Source: a virus
Length of the DNA: 64,000 bases
Virus record (IMG/VR): IMGVR_UViG_3300045988_183539
Strand: one strand, 5' to 3'
Part shown: positions 30,890 to 39,527 of the stretch, in pieces
Layout: the number at the start of each line of letters is the position of its first letter
How positions within the stretch are numbered: the first letter of the stretch is position 1
The notes under the pieces: generated by a model
The model's input: only the letters and a program-made list of their open reading frames with translations
Told to the model about the DNA's origin: nothing
The model's database searches: none
Translations under genes and position numbers: made by a program

Positions 30890-30930
30890 CTTTTTTTTCA
30901 CTTTAGCACAATATTATTTTATATTAAAAA
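30890..30930 (+). promoter_or_regulatory. promoter cassette family member
   Basis: TTTTTTTTCACTTTAGCACAATATTATTTTATATTA. Confidence 0.4.
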
Positions 30931-30945
30931 TGAAAGGAGCAAACA

Positions 30946-31197
30946 GTGAATGAGGTACTAAAAATAAAAAAAGAATATAATACGCTTAAAGAAAAATTTT
31001 TAAGCAATGGGATTGGAGAATATAAAATATTATTAGAAGAAATATGGGATAAAATGATAATAGGAGATGAAAATATTATACAAGTTCCATTCAGATATAA
31101 TAAATATATATCCTCTTTATCTCATATAGGTTTTAATGCAACTTTAACAATGGATTTAGATTGTTTAGTTGTGCAGATTACTATGCAGGAAAATTAA
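30946..31197 (+). CDS. hypothetical 83-aa protein
   Basis: AAAGGAG RBS. Confidence 0.45.
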   Translation: MNEVLKIKKEYNTLKEKFLSNGIGEYKILLEEIWDKMIIGDENIIQVPFRYNKYISSLSHIGFNATLTMDLDCLVVQITMQEN

Positions 31198-31219
31198 AAA
31201 AAAGAAAGGTAATTAAAGA

Positions 31220-32788
31220 ATGAGTATTGGAATATTTATAGCTGTAGTAGTTGTAGCTTTATTATTAATGAGTTATATAAAAGCACCAACAGATAAGGCT
31301 TTTATTGTATCAGGCTTAAGGAAGAAGCCTAAGTATGTAATAGGAAGGTCAGCACTTCGTATTCCATTTTTACAGAGAGTAGATAAGCTTGATTTAAAAA
31401 TGATTAGTGTTGATGTAAAAACTAAAGAGTCAGTTCCTACAAATGAATATATTAATGTAAATATTGATTCAGCAGTTAAAATTAAGGTTGGTTTATCACC
31501 AGATATGTTAGAAAAGGCAGCTAATAACTTCTTAAATAAAAATGATTTATATATTAGAGACCAGGTTGTTGATGTACTTGAAGGTAATGTTCGTGAAATT
31601 ATTGGGCAGATGAAGCTTGAAGAAATTGTTCAGGATAGAAAGTTATTTGCTGAAAAGGTACAGGAAAACGCTGCTCCAGATATGGAAAAGATGGGTCTTG
31701 AAATAGTAAGTTTTAATGTACAGAATGTTACTGATGAAGGCAATGTTATTGAAAACTTAGGTATTGATAGAGTAGTAAGTATTTCTAAGTCAGCACAGAT
31801 TTCAAGAGCAGAAAGTGAAAGAGATATTGCTGTTGCTAAAGCTAATGCTGAAAAACAGGCTAATGATGCAAGAATTGAAGCAGAAACAGCTATTGCAGAA
31901 AGAAATAACGAACTTGAAATTAAAAAGCAGGAGTTAAAGAAGGCTGCTGATATTAGAAAAGCTGAAGCAGATGCCGCTTATGAAATTCAGGAACAGGAAC
32001 AACGAAAGACTATTGAAATCACAACTGCAAATGCTAATATAGCAAAGCAGGAAAAGGAGATTGAACTTAGAGAAAAGGAAATTGCTGTTAAGGAAAAGAC
32101 ACTTGATGCTGAAATCCGTAAACAGGCAGAAGCAGAAAAGTATGCCGCACAGCAGAAGGCAGATGCAGACCTTTATTTAAGACAGAAGGAAGCAGAAGCA
32201 AAGCAGTTTGAAATTGTTAAACAAGCTGAGGCTAAGAAATCACAGGCAGAAGCAGATAGATTTGCTAAGGAACAGGAAGCAGAAGCTATTAAGGCACAGG
32301 GATTAGCAGAAGCAGAGAGCATTAAGGCTAAAGGTGTTGCTGATGCTGAAAGTATTAAGGCAAAGGGTATGGCAGAAGCAGAAGCTATGGAAAAGAAGGC
32401 AACTGCCTATGAGAAGTATGGTAAGGCTGCTATGACTGATATGATTATTAAGATACTTCCAGAAATGGCAGGACAGATTGCTAAACCTCTTGAAGCCATT
32501 GATAAGGTTACTATTATTGATGGTGGTAATGGTGAAACAGGGGTAGGTTCATTTAGTGGTAATGTTCCTTCAGTACTTGCAAAGACTATTGAATCTGTTA
32601 AGGAAACAACAGGATTTGACCTTACAGAGGTTATGAAAGCTAATACATATGATGCTAAAACAACTAAGAATGTTAATTTTACAGGACTTCCTAATGAAGT
32701 TAATGTAGATGCTTCTAATGTTTCTGATATAGAAGATGTGTTTGAAAATACTGATTTTGATAAGGCTATGAAAAAGCTTTCTGATTAA
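31220..32788 (+). CDS. flotillin-like SPFH/band-7 protein
   Basis: N-terminal TM helix, SPFH-like region, long Ala/Glu/Lys coiled-coil with EA repeats typical of FloT/YqiK. Confidence 0.7.
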   Translation: MSIGIFIAVVVVALLLMSYIKAPTDKAFIVSGLRKKPKYVIGRSALRIPFLQRVDKLDLKMISVDVKTKESVPTNEYINVNIDSAVKIKVGLSPDMLEKAANNFLNKNDLYIRDQVVDVLEGNVREIIGQMKLEEIVQDRKLFAEKVQENAAPDMEKMGLEIVSFNVQNVTDEGNVIENLGIDRVVSISKSAQISRAESERDIAVAKANAEKQANDARIEAETAIAERNNELEIKKQELKKAADIRKAEADAAYEIQEQEQRKTIEITTANANIAKQEKEIELREKEIAVKEKTLDAEIRKQAEAEKYAAQQKADADLYLRQKEAEAKQFEIVKQAEAKKSQAEADRFAKEQEAEAIKAQGLAEAESIKAKGVADAESIKAKGMAEAEAMEKKATAYEKYGKAAMTDMIIKILPEMAGQIAKPLEAIDKVTIIDGGNGETGVGSFSGNVPSVLAKTIESVKETTGFDLTEVMKANTYDAKTTKNVNFTGLPNEVNVDASNVSDIEDVFENTDFDKAMKKLSD

Positions 32789-32904
32789 TATTAAATATAT
32801 AATTTTGATTATAGGCACTAATTAATATTTTAGTTAGTGTCTATTTTTATATTTATATAAAAGATTGAAAATTTTTTTTACTTTAGAAAAATTAAAATAT
32901 ACTA

Positions 32905-32940
32905 TTTTTTATCTTTTTTACACTATTATATAAAACAATA
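32905..32940 (+). promoter_or_regulatory. promoter cassette family member
   Basis: TCTTTTTTACACTATTATATAAAACAATA. Confidence 0.4.
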
Positions 32941-32959
32941 AAAATTGAGGATTTATATT

Positions 32960-33847
32960 ATGAAAGATTGGATAAAAAATATTCATACCATTGATAAGAC
33001 TTGTGTAAATTCTGAAGGGGAATATTATAAATATACAGAATTTAACAGAAAGCCAATATCTTTATATATCGTTGTAACAAGAGATTGTAATGCCAGATGT
33101 CCTTTTTGTGAATATAGAGGAAAACTAAAAAAAATCAATATCAATAAATTTGAAGAAATTTTTATTGAGTTAAGTAAATATTATGATATTACAACAGTTC
33201 ATTTTACAGGTGGAGAACCTACCTTAGAATTAGATACAATTAATGTATTAAGCAAAGTCATAAAAGAAATTTCTCCTTTAACTAAAACAAGCGTTAACAC
33301 CAATGGAATATTCTTAAATGAATTGTCTAATATAGATACAATAGATAATATTGCTTTAAGCAGACACACTATTATAGATAAAGATAATTTTAATATTTTT
33401 AGAACCAATAATATCGCTACATATGAAAATATTTATAATAATAATTATAAGGAAAAAATTCATTTAAGCTGTAATCTTATAAAAGGATATATAGATAGTA
33501 GTGATAAAATATTAGAATATCTTGAAATGGCATCTAAATTAGATATTAATGATGTAGGTTTTGTTAGTCTTATGCATATAAATAATTATTGTGAAGAAAA
33601 TTTTGTAGAATTTAGTAATATAATTCCAAAGGAAAAGGATTTTTTTAATAAAACAAGAGATTATAAATGTATTAATAATAAAAATATAATTACTTGCAAG
33701 TGTGAAAATTATCTTTATAGAGCTAAAAATATGAATTTTATATCAATGTATCATAGATATGCTATTAAGAATAATGAAAAAGCAGATTTTCTTGTTTATG
33801 AAAACAATCATTTAAAACAAGGCTTTAATGGAAATATATTAATATAA
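32960..33847 (+). CDS. radical SAM enzyme
   Basis: CNARCPFCEY (CxxxCxxC) near the N-terminus and a GGEP motif (HFTGGEPTL). GAGGA RBS before ATG 32960 (track start 32945). Confidence 0.6.
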   Translation: MKDWIKNIHTIDKTCVNSEGEYYKYTEFNRKPISLYIVVTRDCNARCPFCEYRGKLKKININKFEEIFIELSKYYDITTVHFTGGEPTLELDTINVLSKVIKEISPLTKTSVNTNGIFLNELSNIDTIDNIALSRHTIIDKDNFNIFRTNNIATYENIYNNNYKEKIHLSCNLIKGYIDSSDKILEYLEMASKLDINDVGFVSLMHINNYCEENFVEFSNIIPKEKDFFNKTRDYKCINNKNIITCKCENYLYRAKNMNFISMYHRYAIKNNEKADFLVYENNHLKQGFNGNILI

Positions 33848-33862
33848 AATAAGGAGATAATA

Positions 33863-34201
33863 ATGAATAATATAAGAGAATATTTTTATGAGGTATATAA
33901 GAGAGATTGGATTAATACACATATATCCAATGAAAGATATATAGGGACTATGAATGAATATTATAAGGAAAAGAAAGATAATATAAATTATCCTGATTTT
34001 CCTTCATTTAAAGACTATATAGAAGAAAATGGTTTTGATTTTGGAGAAATTTATTGTAGTTATGATGAATTTTTGGATTTTGAATATCAACAGAAAAATT
34101 ATTGGAAAAGTTTAATTAATGATGAAGAGATTTATGGTGAATATTTAGAAGATTTAGAGATATTAAAAGAAGAAGAAAAAACGGATAATTTAGAAATATA
34201 G
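33863..34201 (+). CDS. hypothetical 112-aa protein
   Basis: AAGGAG RBS. Confidence 0.45.
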   Translation: MNNIREYFYEVYKRDWINTHISNERYIGTMNEYYKEKKDNINYPDFPSFKDYIEENGFDFGEIYCSYDEFLDFEYQQKNYWKSLINDEEIYGEYLEDLEILKEEEKTDNLEI

Positions 34202-34213
34202 AAAGGAAAAGAT

Positions 34214-34426
34214 ATGGAAGAAAATGTAACAGAAGAAATGATAGACCTGTTAAAAAAAGTAGCTGATTTATGTTGCAAGGCAAGTGAAGAAGTTTATGAT
34301 GATGATAAAGAAAATGGAACAGCAAATATATTAAATTTATGTGATAAGTTACAGGAAGCTATAGATGAATATGTTTTAGATTATGACTGTAAAAAAATAT
34401 TAGAAAATAATGAATTAGAGTATTAA
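34214..34426 (+). CDS. small acidic Cys-containing protein, paralog of 40936-41160
   Basis: EEMIDLLKKVADLCCKASEEVYDDDKENGTANILNLCDKLQEAIDEY aligns with QEMIDILKNISDLCYKASNEVYEDDDKEKGTAKILILCDNLNEVIDDY. Confidence 0.5.
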   Translation: MEENVTEEMIDLLKKVADLCCKASEEVYDDDKENGTANILNLCDKLQEAIDEYVLDYDCKKILENNELEY

Positions 34427-34454
34427 ACAATATATTATTACAAGGAGAAAAAAT

Positions 34455-34601
34455 ATGGAAAAGATTATTAAGGAATTAAAAGAAGCAGGATATGATTATG
34501 GAGTAGCTATTGCAACTAAAGCAGAAATTAAAGCTGGAGCTGATTGTGGTCAATTAAGTTTAATAGTTGAAAAGAGTTCAGACAAAGTGATGAACTATTA
34601 A
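34455..34601 (+). CDS. hypothetical 48-aa protein
   Basis: AAGGAGAAAAAATATG RBS; absent from the track because of size. Confidence 0.3.
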   Translation: MEKIIKELKEAGYDYGVAIATKAEIKAGADCGQLSLIVEKSSDKVMNY

Positions 34602-34617
34602 GATAAGGAGTTTTAAT

Positions 34618-35319
34618 ATGAAACATAATTCAAAAATGATTAATTTAGCACATAGCATATTAGGGACTGATAATAAAAACATTAATTGGAAAAAAATAGA
34701 CAAGCATTTAGATGAATATATAAAAACAATAAATAAAGTTCACACCATTAAAAATAAAGAAACAATTTTTTATATTGTAGATGATTTAAGGAATACTAAT
34801 TCAATTTCGGAAAAAACTAAGAAGATTGTATTAGAAACTTTAGATATAGATGAAAGTCTTTATAAAAATAGTATAACTAAAGACACTAATGATTTTGAAA
34901 GTTATACTTTTGATAGAAATACAAATATAAGTGATTCTGAAATAGATAAATATAAAGAGATAATTGAAGGTAATAATCATTCGGATATAAGAATTAAAAA
35001 TGAAGATATTCAGTCTGCTCATAATAAAAAATATTATGAATATGAATTAAAAGATTTTTTAAATGTATTTACTGATAATATAGAAGGAAATAATGCATTA
35101 AAAGCTTTAAGAGATGGTGATTTCGTTATAGGCGAAAATAAATATGAATGTAAGACAGGAAATATTTGCGGCACACTTTCAAAAGATTTTGTTGTAAAGT
35201 TTAAAAAAGATGATGAGCTTAGAGCTAAATTTTTAACTATCAATTGGACTAAAATAATTAACGAAGTAAACAGTATAAATAAAGAAAAACACAATGATGA
35301 TTTTGATTATGATTATTAA
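34618..35319 (+). CDS. hypothetical protein, paralog of 35361-35801
   Basis: Shared segment INWKKIDKHLDEYIKTINKVHTIKNKETIFYIVDDL...KKIVLETLDI versus IDWIKLNKNLNEYIETMSKVVNIKNKDSVYYLLTD...KKVIFRTLDI. Confidence 0.5.
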   Translation: MKHNSKMINLAHSILGTDNKNINWKKIDKHLDEYIKTINKVHTIKNKETIFYIVDDLRNTNSISEKTKKIVLETLDIDESLYKNSITKDTNDFESYTFDRNTNISDSEIDKYKEIIEGNNHSDIRIKNEDIQSAHNKKYYEYELKDFLNVFTDNIEGNNALKALRDGDFVIGENKYECKTGNICGTLSKDFVVKFKKDDELRAKFLTINWTKIINEVNSINKEKHNDDFDYDY

Positions 35320-35360
35320 TTATTTTATAAAAATAATTATATTAATATAAGGAGTTTGAT

Positions 35361-35801
35361 ATGAAACATAATATAAAGCAAATATCTTTTATGATAGCGT
35401 CTTTTAAAGATATTACTGATTCTTTTGGAGAAAATAAGAAATCTATAGAATTTTTTAAAAGGCAGGTTGAAGGTCTTGTTAATATAGGTCAGTTAAATTA
35501 TTTAGATGTTATTTTATTCTATAATATATTAGATATATATAATACTAATTTAGAAGAAATAGACTGGATTAAATTAAATAAGAATTTAAACGAATACATA
35601 GAAACTATGAGTAAGGTTGTAAATATAAAAAATAAAGATAGCGTGTATTATTTATTAACAGATAATAATAATATATCTAAGCAGACTAAAAAAGTTATAT
35701 TTAGGACATTAGATATAAAAGATGAAGATTATAAAATAAGTTCAAAGGATAATGATATATCTTTTGGTAGTTATGAAAAGAATAATTCATTTTTATATTA
35801 G
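35361..35801 (+). CDS. hypothetical protein, paralog of 34618-35319
   Basis: See above; GGAG RBS. Confidence 0.5.
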   Translation: MKHNIKQISFMIASFKDITDSFGENKKSIEFFKRQVEGLVNIGQLNYLDVILFYNILDIYNTNLEEIDWIKLNKNLNEYIETMSKVVNIKNKDSVYYLLTDNNNISKQTKKVIFRTLDIKDEDYKISSKDNDISFGSYEKNNSFLY

Positions 35802-36489
35802 AGATTGTATTAATGAACATACTAATGAATTAAGAGAAGATATTTTAGGTTCAAGAAAAGAAAGATGGATGATTGGTGTTAGTTGTATGAGTGGTTGTCC
35901 TGTAAGATGCCAGTTTTGTAATACTGGAAAATTAAAAAGGTATAGAAATCTATCTGCAAAAGAGATATATGAACAGGTTGTTTTTATATTAGACAAGCAT
36001 CCAGAGATAAAAGAGATTGATAGTAAGGAATTTAAGATTAATTATACAAGAATGGGAGAACCTTTTCTTAATATTGAAGCTGTAAAAGAAGCTATCACTC
36101 TTATAGACAATGAGCCAAGATTAAAGAATGTCAAGATACATCATTATATAAGCACAATAGGACTTAAAGGTAGTGATTTTAGTTTTGTAAAGGATAATAT
36201 TACTTTACAAATTAGCTTACATAGTCTTAATGAAGATAGAAGACACAATCTTATTCCTATAGATGGACTTATGAGTATAAAAGAACTTGGCGAAATAAGA
36301 ACAGAAAGTAATCTTAAGACAACTGTTAATATGACGCTTGTAGACACAAAAGACTTTGATATTGATATTATGAAAAAGTATTTTGACCCTAAGTATTTTT
36401 TTATTAAGCTTAGTCCTATTAATGAGAATGAGGTTAGTAAGGAACATAATATGGGTAAAGGTATTATTCATAGAGAAAATTTAATATAA
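35773..36489 (+). CDS. RlmN/Cfr-family radical SAM protein, trimmed form lacking the N-terminal domain and the C-terminal Cys-bearing tail
   Basis: GVSCMSGCPVRCQFCNTG...RNLSAKEIYEQV, TRMGEPFLN, ISTIGL and LQISLHSLNEDRRHNLIPI align with the RlmN core. No Cys after the cluster. Start uncertain (35752, 35773 or 35866). Confidence 0.6.
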   Translation: MKRIIHFYIRDCINEHTNELREDILGSRKERWMIGVSCMSGCPVRCQFCNTGKLKRYRNLSAKEIYEQVVFILDKHPEIKEIDSKEFKINYTRMGEPFLNIEAVKEAITLIDNEPRLKNVKIHHYISTIGLKGSDFSFVKDNITLQISLHSLNEDRRHNLIPIDGLMSIKELGEIRTESNLKTTVNMTLVDTKDFDIDIMKKYFDPKYFFIKLSPINENEVSKEHNMGKGIIHRENLI

Positions 36490-36608
36490 CATTTTTTTAT
36501 TATATCTTCTTAAGTTCTTATTTTTAGGATTTAAGAAGATATTTTTTTATATTCTTTTATTGTATTCTATCCCATAAATAGGGTATAATTAATTATAAGA
36601 GATTGAAT

Positions 36609-36698
36609 ATGAATAAATATATATTAATGCATAAAAATATTGAAGTAGCTTTAATGGATTTAGATGAAAATGATAGAAATGCAAAACCAATAAAATAG
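36609..36698 (+). pseudogene. truncated duplicate of the hipA-like N-terminus
   Basis: MNKYILMHKNIEVALMDLDENDRNAKPIK* versus the N-terminus of 39528 (MKDYILMHKNIEVALMKLDENDANSKPSK). Confidence 0.55.
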
Positions 36699-36750
36699 AA
36701 AATATTATTAATTTAGATTAAAAGTAAAAGAACTCTTGAAAAAAAGGGTT

Positions 36751-36790
36751 CTTTTTTTTACTTTTACCACACTATTATAGTATAGATAAA
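36751..36790 (+). promoter_or_regulatory. promoter cassette family member after a hairpin terminator
   Basis: TTTTTTTTACTTTTACCACACTATTATAGTATAGATAAA. Confidence 0.4.
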
Positions 36791-37003
36791 ACTTAATGAA
36801 AAAGTAGAAATATGTGTTTCACTAGAAAGGAGACATAACAATGTATAGAGTCGAATGGTTAGATATGGATGGAGAAATTAAGATAGTTAGAGGGTTTAAA
36901 ACAAGTGGAAAAATGGATTAGAACACACTGTTTTGATTTAGATTTTGAACATCCTATGGTGCTTTATGACGAAAAATAATGAAATGTCTTTGATTGGAAA
37001 GGA

Positions 37004-37192
37004 ATGATAAAAATGGATATTAGAATTTATGATATTGAAAATCTTCCATTAGGTACAAGGGTGACTTTAGTTACTTGTGATGGATTAAAATATCCAGCAG
37101 TTGTATTTGGAAATAGATTTGGATTTGGAAATGGAAGTTATATGGAAATGGAAATTTGCAAAGAAAAAAATATGGCTGTATTTCTGTCTTAG
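37004..37192 (+). CDS. hypothetical 62-aa protein
   Basis: ORF track. Confidence 0.35.
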   Translation: MIKMDIRIYDIENLPLGTRVTLVTCDGLKYPAVVFGNRFGFGNGSYMEMEICKEKNMAVFLS

Positions 37193-37213
37193 AATACATA
37201 TTCCATAGGAGGA

Positions 37214-37420
37214 TTGGAGGAAATCATTATGGTATGGGAAGTAATTATTCACAATACAAAAACTGATAAAATTTATATTGGTGGCATTTTTTCAACATCA
37301 GAAGAAGCAAGACAGATTGTTGAATTATGGAACAAGAAATATCAAACTTCAGAGAAATGGGCTGATTCCATTGGAGTAACGATTGGGGATAGATATATTC
37401 TTGATTGTAAATGCGATTAG
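37214..37420 (+). CDS. hypothetical 68-aa protein
   Basis: AGGAGG RBS. Confidence 0.4.
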   Translation: MEEIIMVWEVIIHNTKTDKIYIGGIFSTSEEARQIVELWNKKYQTSEKWADSIGVTIGDRYILDCKCD

Positions 37421-37524
37421 AATGAAACTAAGATTTACAAGGAAGGAGCAAAAGTAAATGTATAAATATCTATTAGACCGCATAAGAGATGGTAGAGATT
37501 AATAACAGAAAAGGAATAAACAGT

Positions 37525-37914
37525 ATGAATATTTTAACTTTTGAGAATATTGCATTAATAATTATTGTCTGTAGCGTACTTCTTGCTATAGGAATGACAG
37601 TATTTAACCTGCCTAAAATATTAAGCAAAATTTTCTTTATAATACTTATAGTATTAGTATTAGTATTAGTATCTTCTGAAGCATTATTTAAAAATGCAGT
37701 TCCAACAGAAAGCAGGACTGAAATACAGGAAATAATAAGTAAAGAAAGCATAACAACTGTAGAATATAAGGACTTAGAGGGTAATACCCAAAAGACTTTT
37801 ATCAGTGGAATAAAGACCTCTGATGAATATATTCCTTATTCGTATATAGAAACTAAAACTTATAGCATAGGATTCTTCTATAAAGATGTAAATACACTGT
37901 GTCTTAAAAAGTGA
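37525..37914 (+). CDS. membrane protein (two TM helices)
   Basis: AAAAGGAAT RBS before the second ATG; contains the short TATTAG hexamer tandem repeat. Confidence 0.4.
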   Translation: MNILTFENIALIIIVCSVLLAIGMTVFNLPKILSKIFFIILIVLVLVLVSSEALFKNAVPTESRTEIQEIISKESITTVEYKDLEGNTQKTFISGIKTSDEYIPYSYIETKTYSIGFFYKDVNTLCLKK

Positions 37915-38114
37915 AAATAAAGGAGAAATATTTATCCTAGTACTAATAATTTTAGCAGTAATCATCTTAATTATTATAGGAATTATTTATAATCCTAATA
38001 TACCTACTTTAGTAAAAGTGTGGTTATTATCTTAAGTCATTAATATTAATAGAAATTATATAAAATAAAGCAAAATATATTAAAAATAAAAGATTAAAAT
38101 AGGAGAATACGATT

Positions 38115-38357
38115 ATGGATGGCCAAAAATTAATGAATAAATTAAATTACTTAGGTATGGATAATAAAATTAGATTATTAGCTTTAAAGGATAAGTTAGC
38201 AACAGCAAATGATTTAGCTGTTATGAATGAATTAGAAGTATGCAATCTTATTGTTACAAAATATACACTTGTTTATGCTGAAGATGAAGAAATTGGTTTA
38301 GTAGAAACAGAAAAGTTAGATGAATATAAAACCCTGGTAAAAGTAATCAGTAGATAG
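38115..38357 (+). CDS. hypothetical 80-aa protein
   Basis: AGGAGAA RBS. Confidence 0.45.
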   Translation: MDGQKLMNKLNYLGMDNKIRLLALKDKLATANDLAVMNELEVCNLIVTKYTLVYAEDEEIGLVETEKLDEYKTLVKVISR

Positions 38358-38374
38358 AAAGGAAAGTATCTATA

Positions 38375-38911
38375 ATGGGAAGATTAGTAGATATAGATGA
38401 TGTAAAAGCACTTATTGATGATATTTATAAAAGAGAAAAAGACATTATAAATATGGATTATAAAAGAAATGTTATTAAAGACAGAATAGATGAATTAGAT
38501 ACATCTGTTGATATAAATAGTATTGTAAGTCAATTAGAAGATTATGGTAATGAAGAATGTTCTTATTATGAAGGTACTCCATATAAGGGTGTTATTACAG
38601 AATGTATTGGGAAAGCACTTGAAATTGTAAAATCTAATACAAATAGAATTGTTAAAAAAGATAAAAATATTAATAATAATAATAATTCTAAAACTATGAC
38701 TAAAGAGTATATGATGTCTGTAGATGAATTAAAGATGAAATTCCCTATTGGGAGTAAACAGACTATTAATGATAAGGATTATATTGTTAAGAGTATTAAT
38801 GAACCAGTATCATCTAATTGTATGGCATCATTTCCAACAATTACATATGAAGAATGCAATAATAAAGAAATAGATAATGAAACGGATATTGAGGAATATT
38901 TTAGTTTATAA
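38375..38911 (+). CDS. hypothetical 178-aa protein
   Basis: ORF track. Confidence 0.45.
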   Translation: MGRLVDIDDVKALIDDIYKREKDIINMDYKRNVIKDRIDELDTSVDINSIVSQLEDYGNEECSYYEGTPYKGVITECIGKALEIVKSNTNRIVKKDKNINNNNNSKTMTKEYMMSVDELKMKFPIGSKQTINDKDYIVKSINEPVSSNCMASFPTITYEECNNKEIDNETDIEEYFSL

Positions 38912-39075
38912 ATGGATTAATTTATATGAAGGAATGAAATCAAAACGACAGAAATAATTTACATATCACATCAAAAAATGATTGGTGTGGTATTTTTTTA
39001 CTTGTAATGCATCTCCAATTTGGATATAATATAATAAAGAATAGATTATAGTATAAAAGAAAAAGAGGGATTTTT

Positions 39076-39510
39076 ATGTGTAATAATATTTCAAATAATA
39101 TAAAAGAATTAAGAGAAATGACAGGATTATCACAAAGTGAATTTGCTTCTAAATATAAAATACAAAAGAGAACCTTACAAAATTGGGAGCAAGGTATATC
39201 AAAAGCACCAGAATATTTTATAGACCTATTATCAAAAGATATTCTAAAGGCAAATGATATAGAAAAAATATACTCTATTATTGGAAAAAAAGGAAAATAT
39301 ATCTATAATGATTGTAAAGAATGTCTTATAGACGATAAAGGAAACGATATTAATATAAAAATACCTGATTTTGATAAGATAAACAAACATAACTTAGGTT
39401 TATATTGTGACTTTTTATTTGAAGACTATAAAAATAGTGTTGAAGATTTTATAAATCAATGTAAGGGAGATATTAAATCAGATATGATATGGACTACATT
39501 TGATGATTAA
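39076..39510 (+). CDS. XRE-family HTH protein (HipB-like antitoxin position)
   Basis: IKELREMTGLSQSEFASKYKIQKRTLQNWEQG HTH; immediately upstream of the HipA-like kinase. Confidence 0.6.
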   Translation: MCNNISNNIKELREMTGLSQSEFASKYKIQKRTLQNWEQGISKAPEYFIDLLSKDILKANDIEKIYSIIGKKGKYIYNDCKECLIDDKGNDINIKIPDFDKINKHNLGLYCDFLFEDYKNSVEDFINQCKGDIKSDMIWTTFDD

Positions 39511-39527
39511 TTGATGAAAGGAAGAAT

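Noticed and set aside
37648-37672. TATTAG hexamer tandem repeat (x4)
   Set aside because: It lies inside a membrane-protein CDS, encodes the hydrophobic LVLVLV stretch, and is too short and simple to call a functional repeat.
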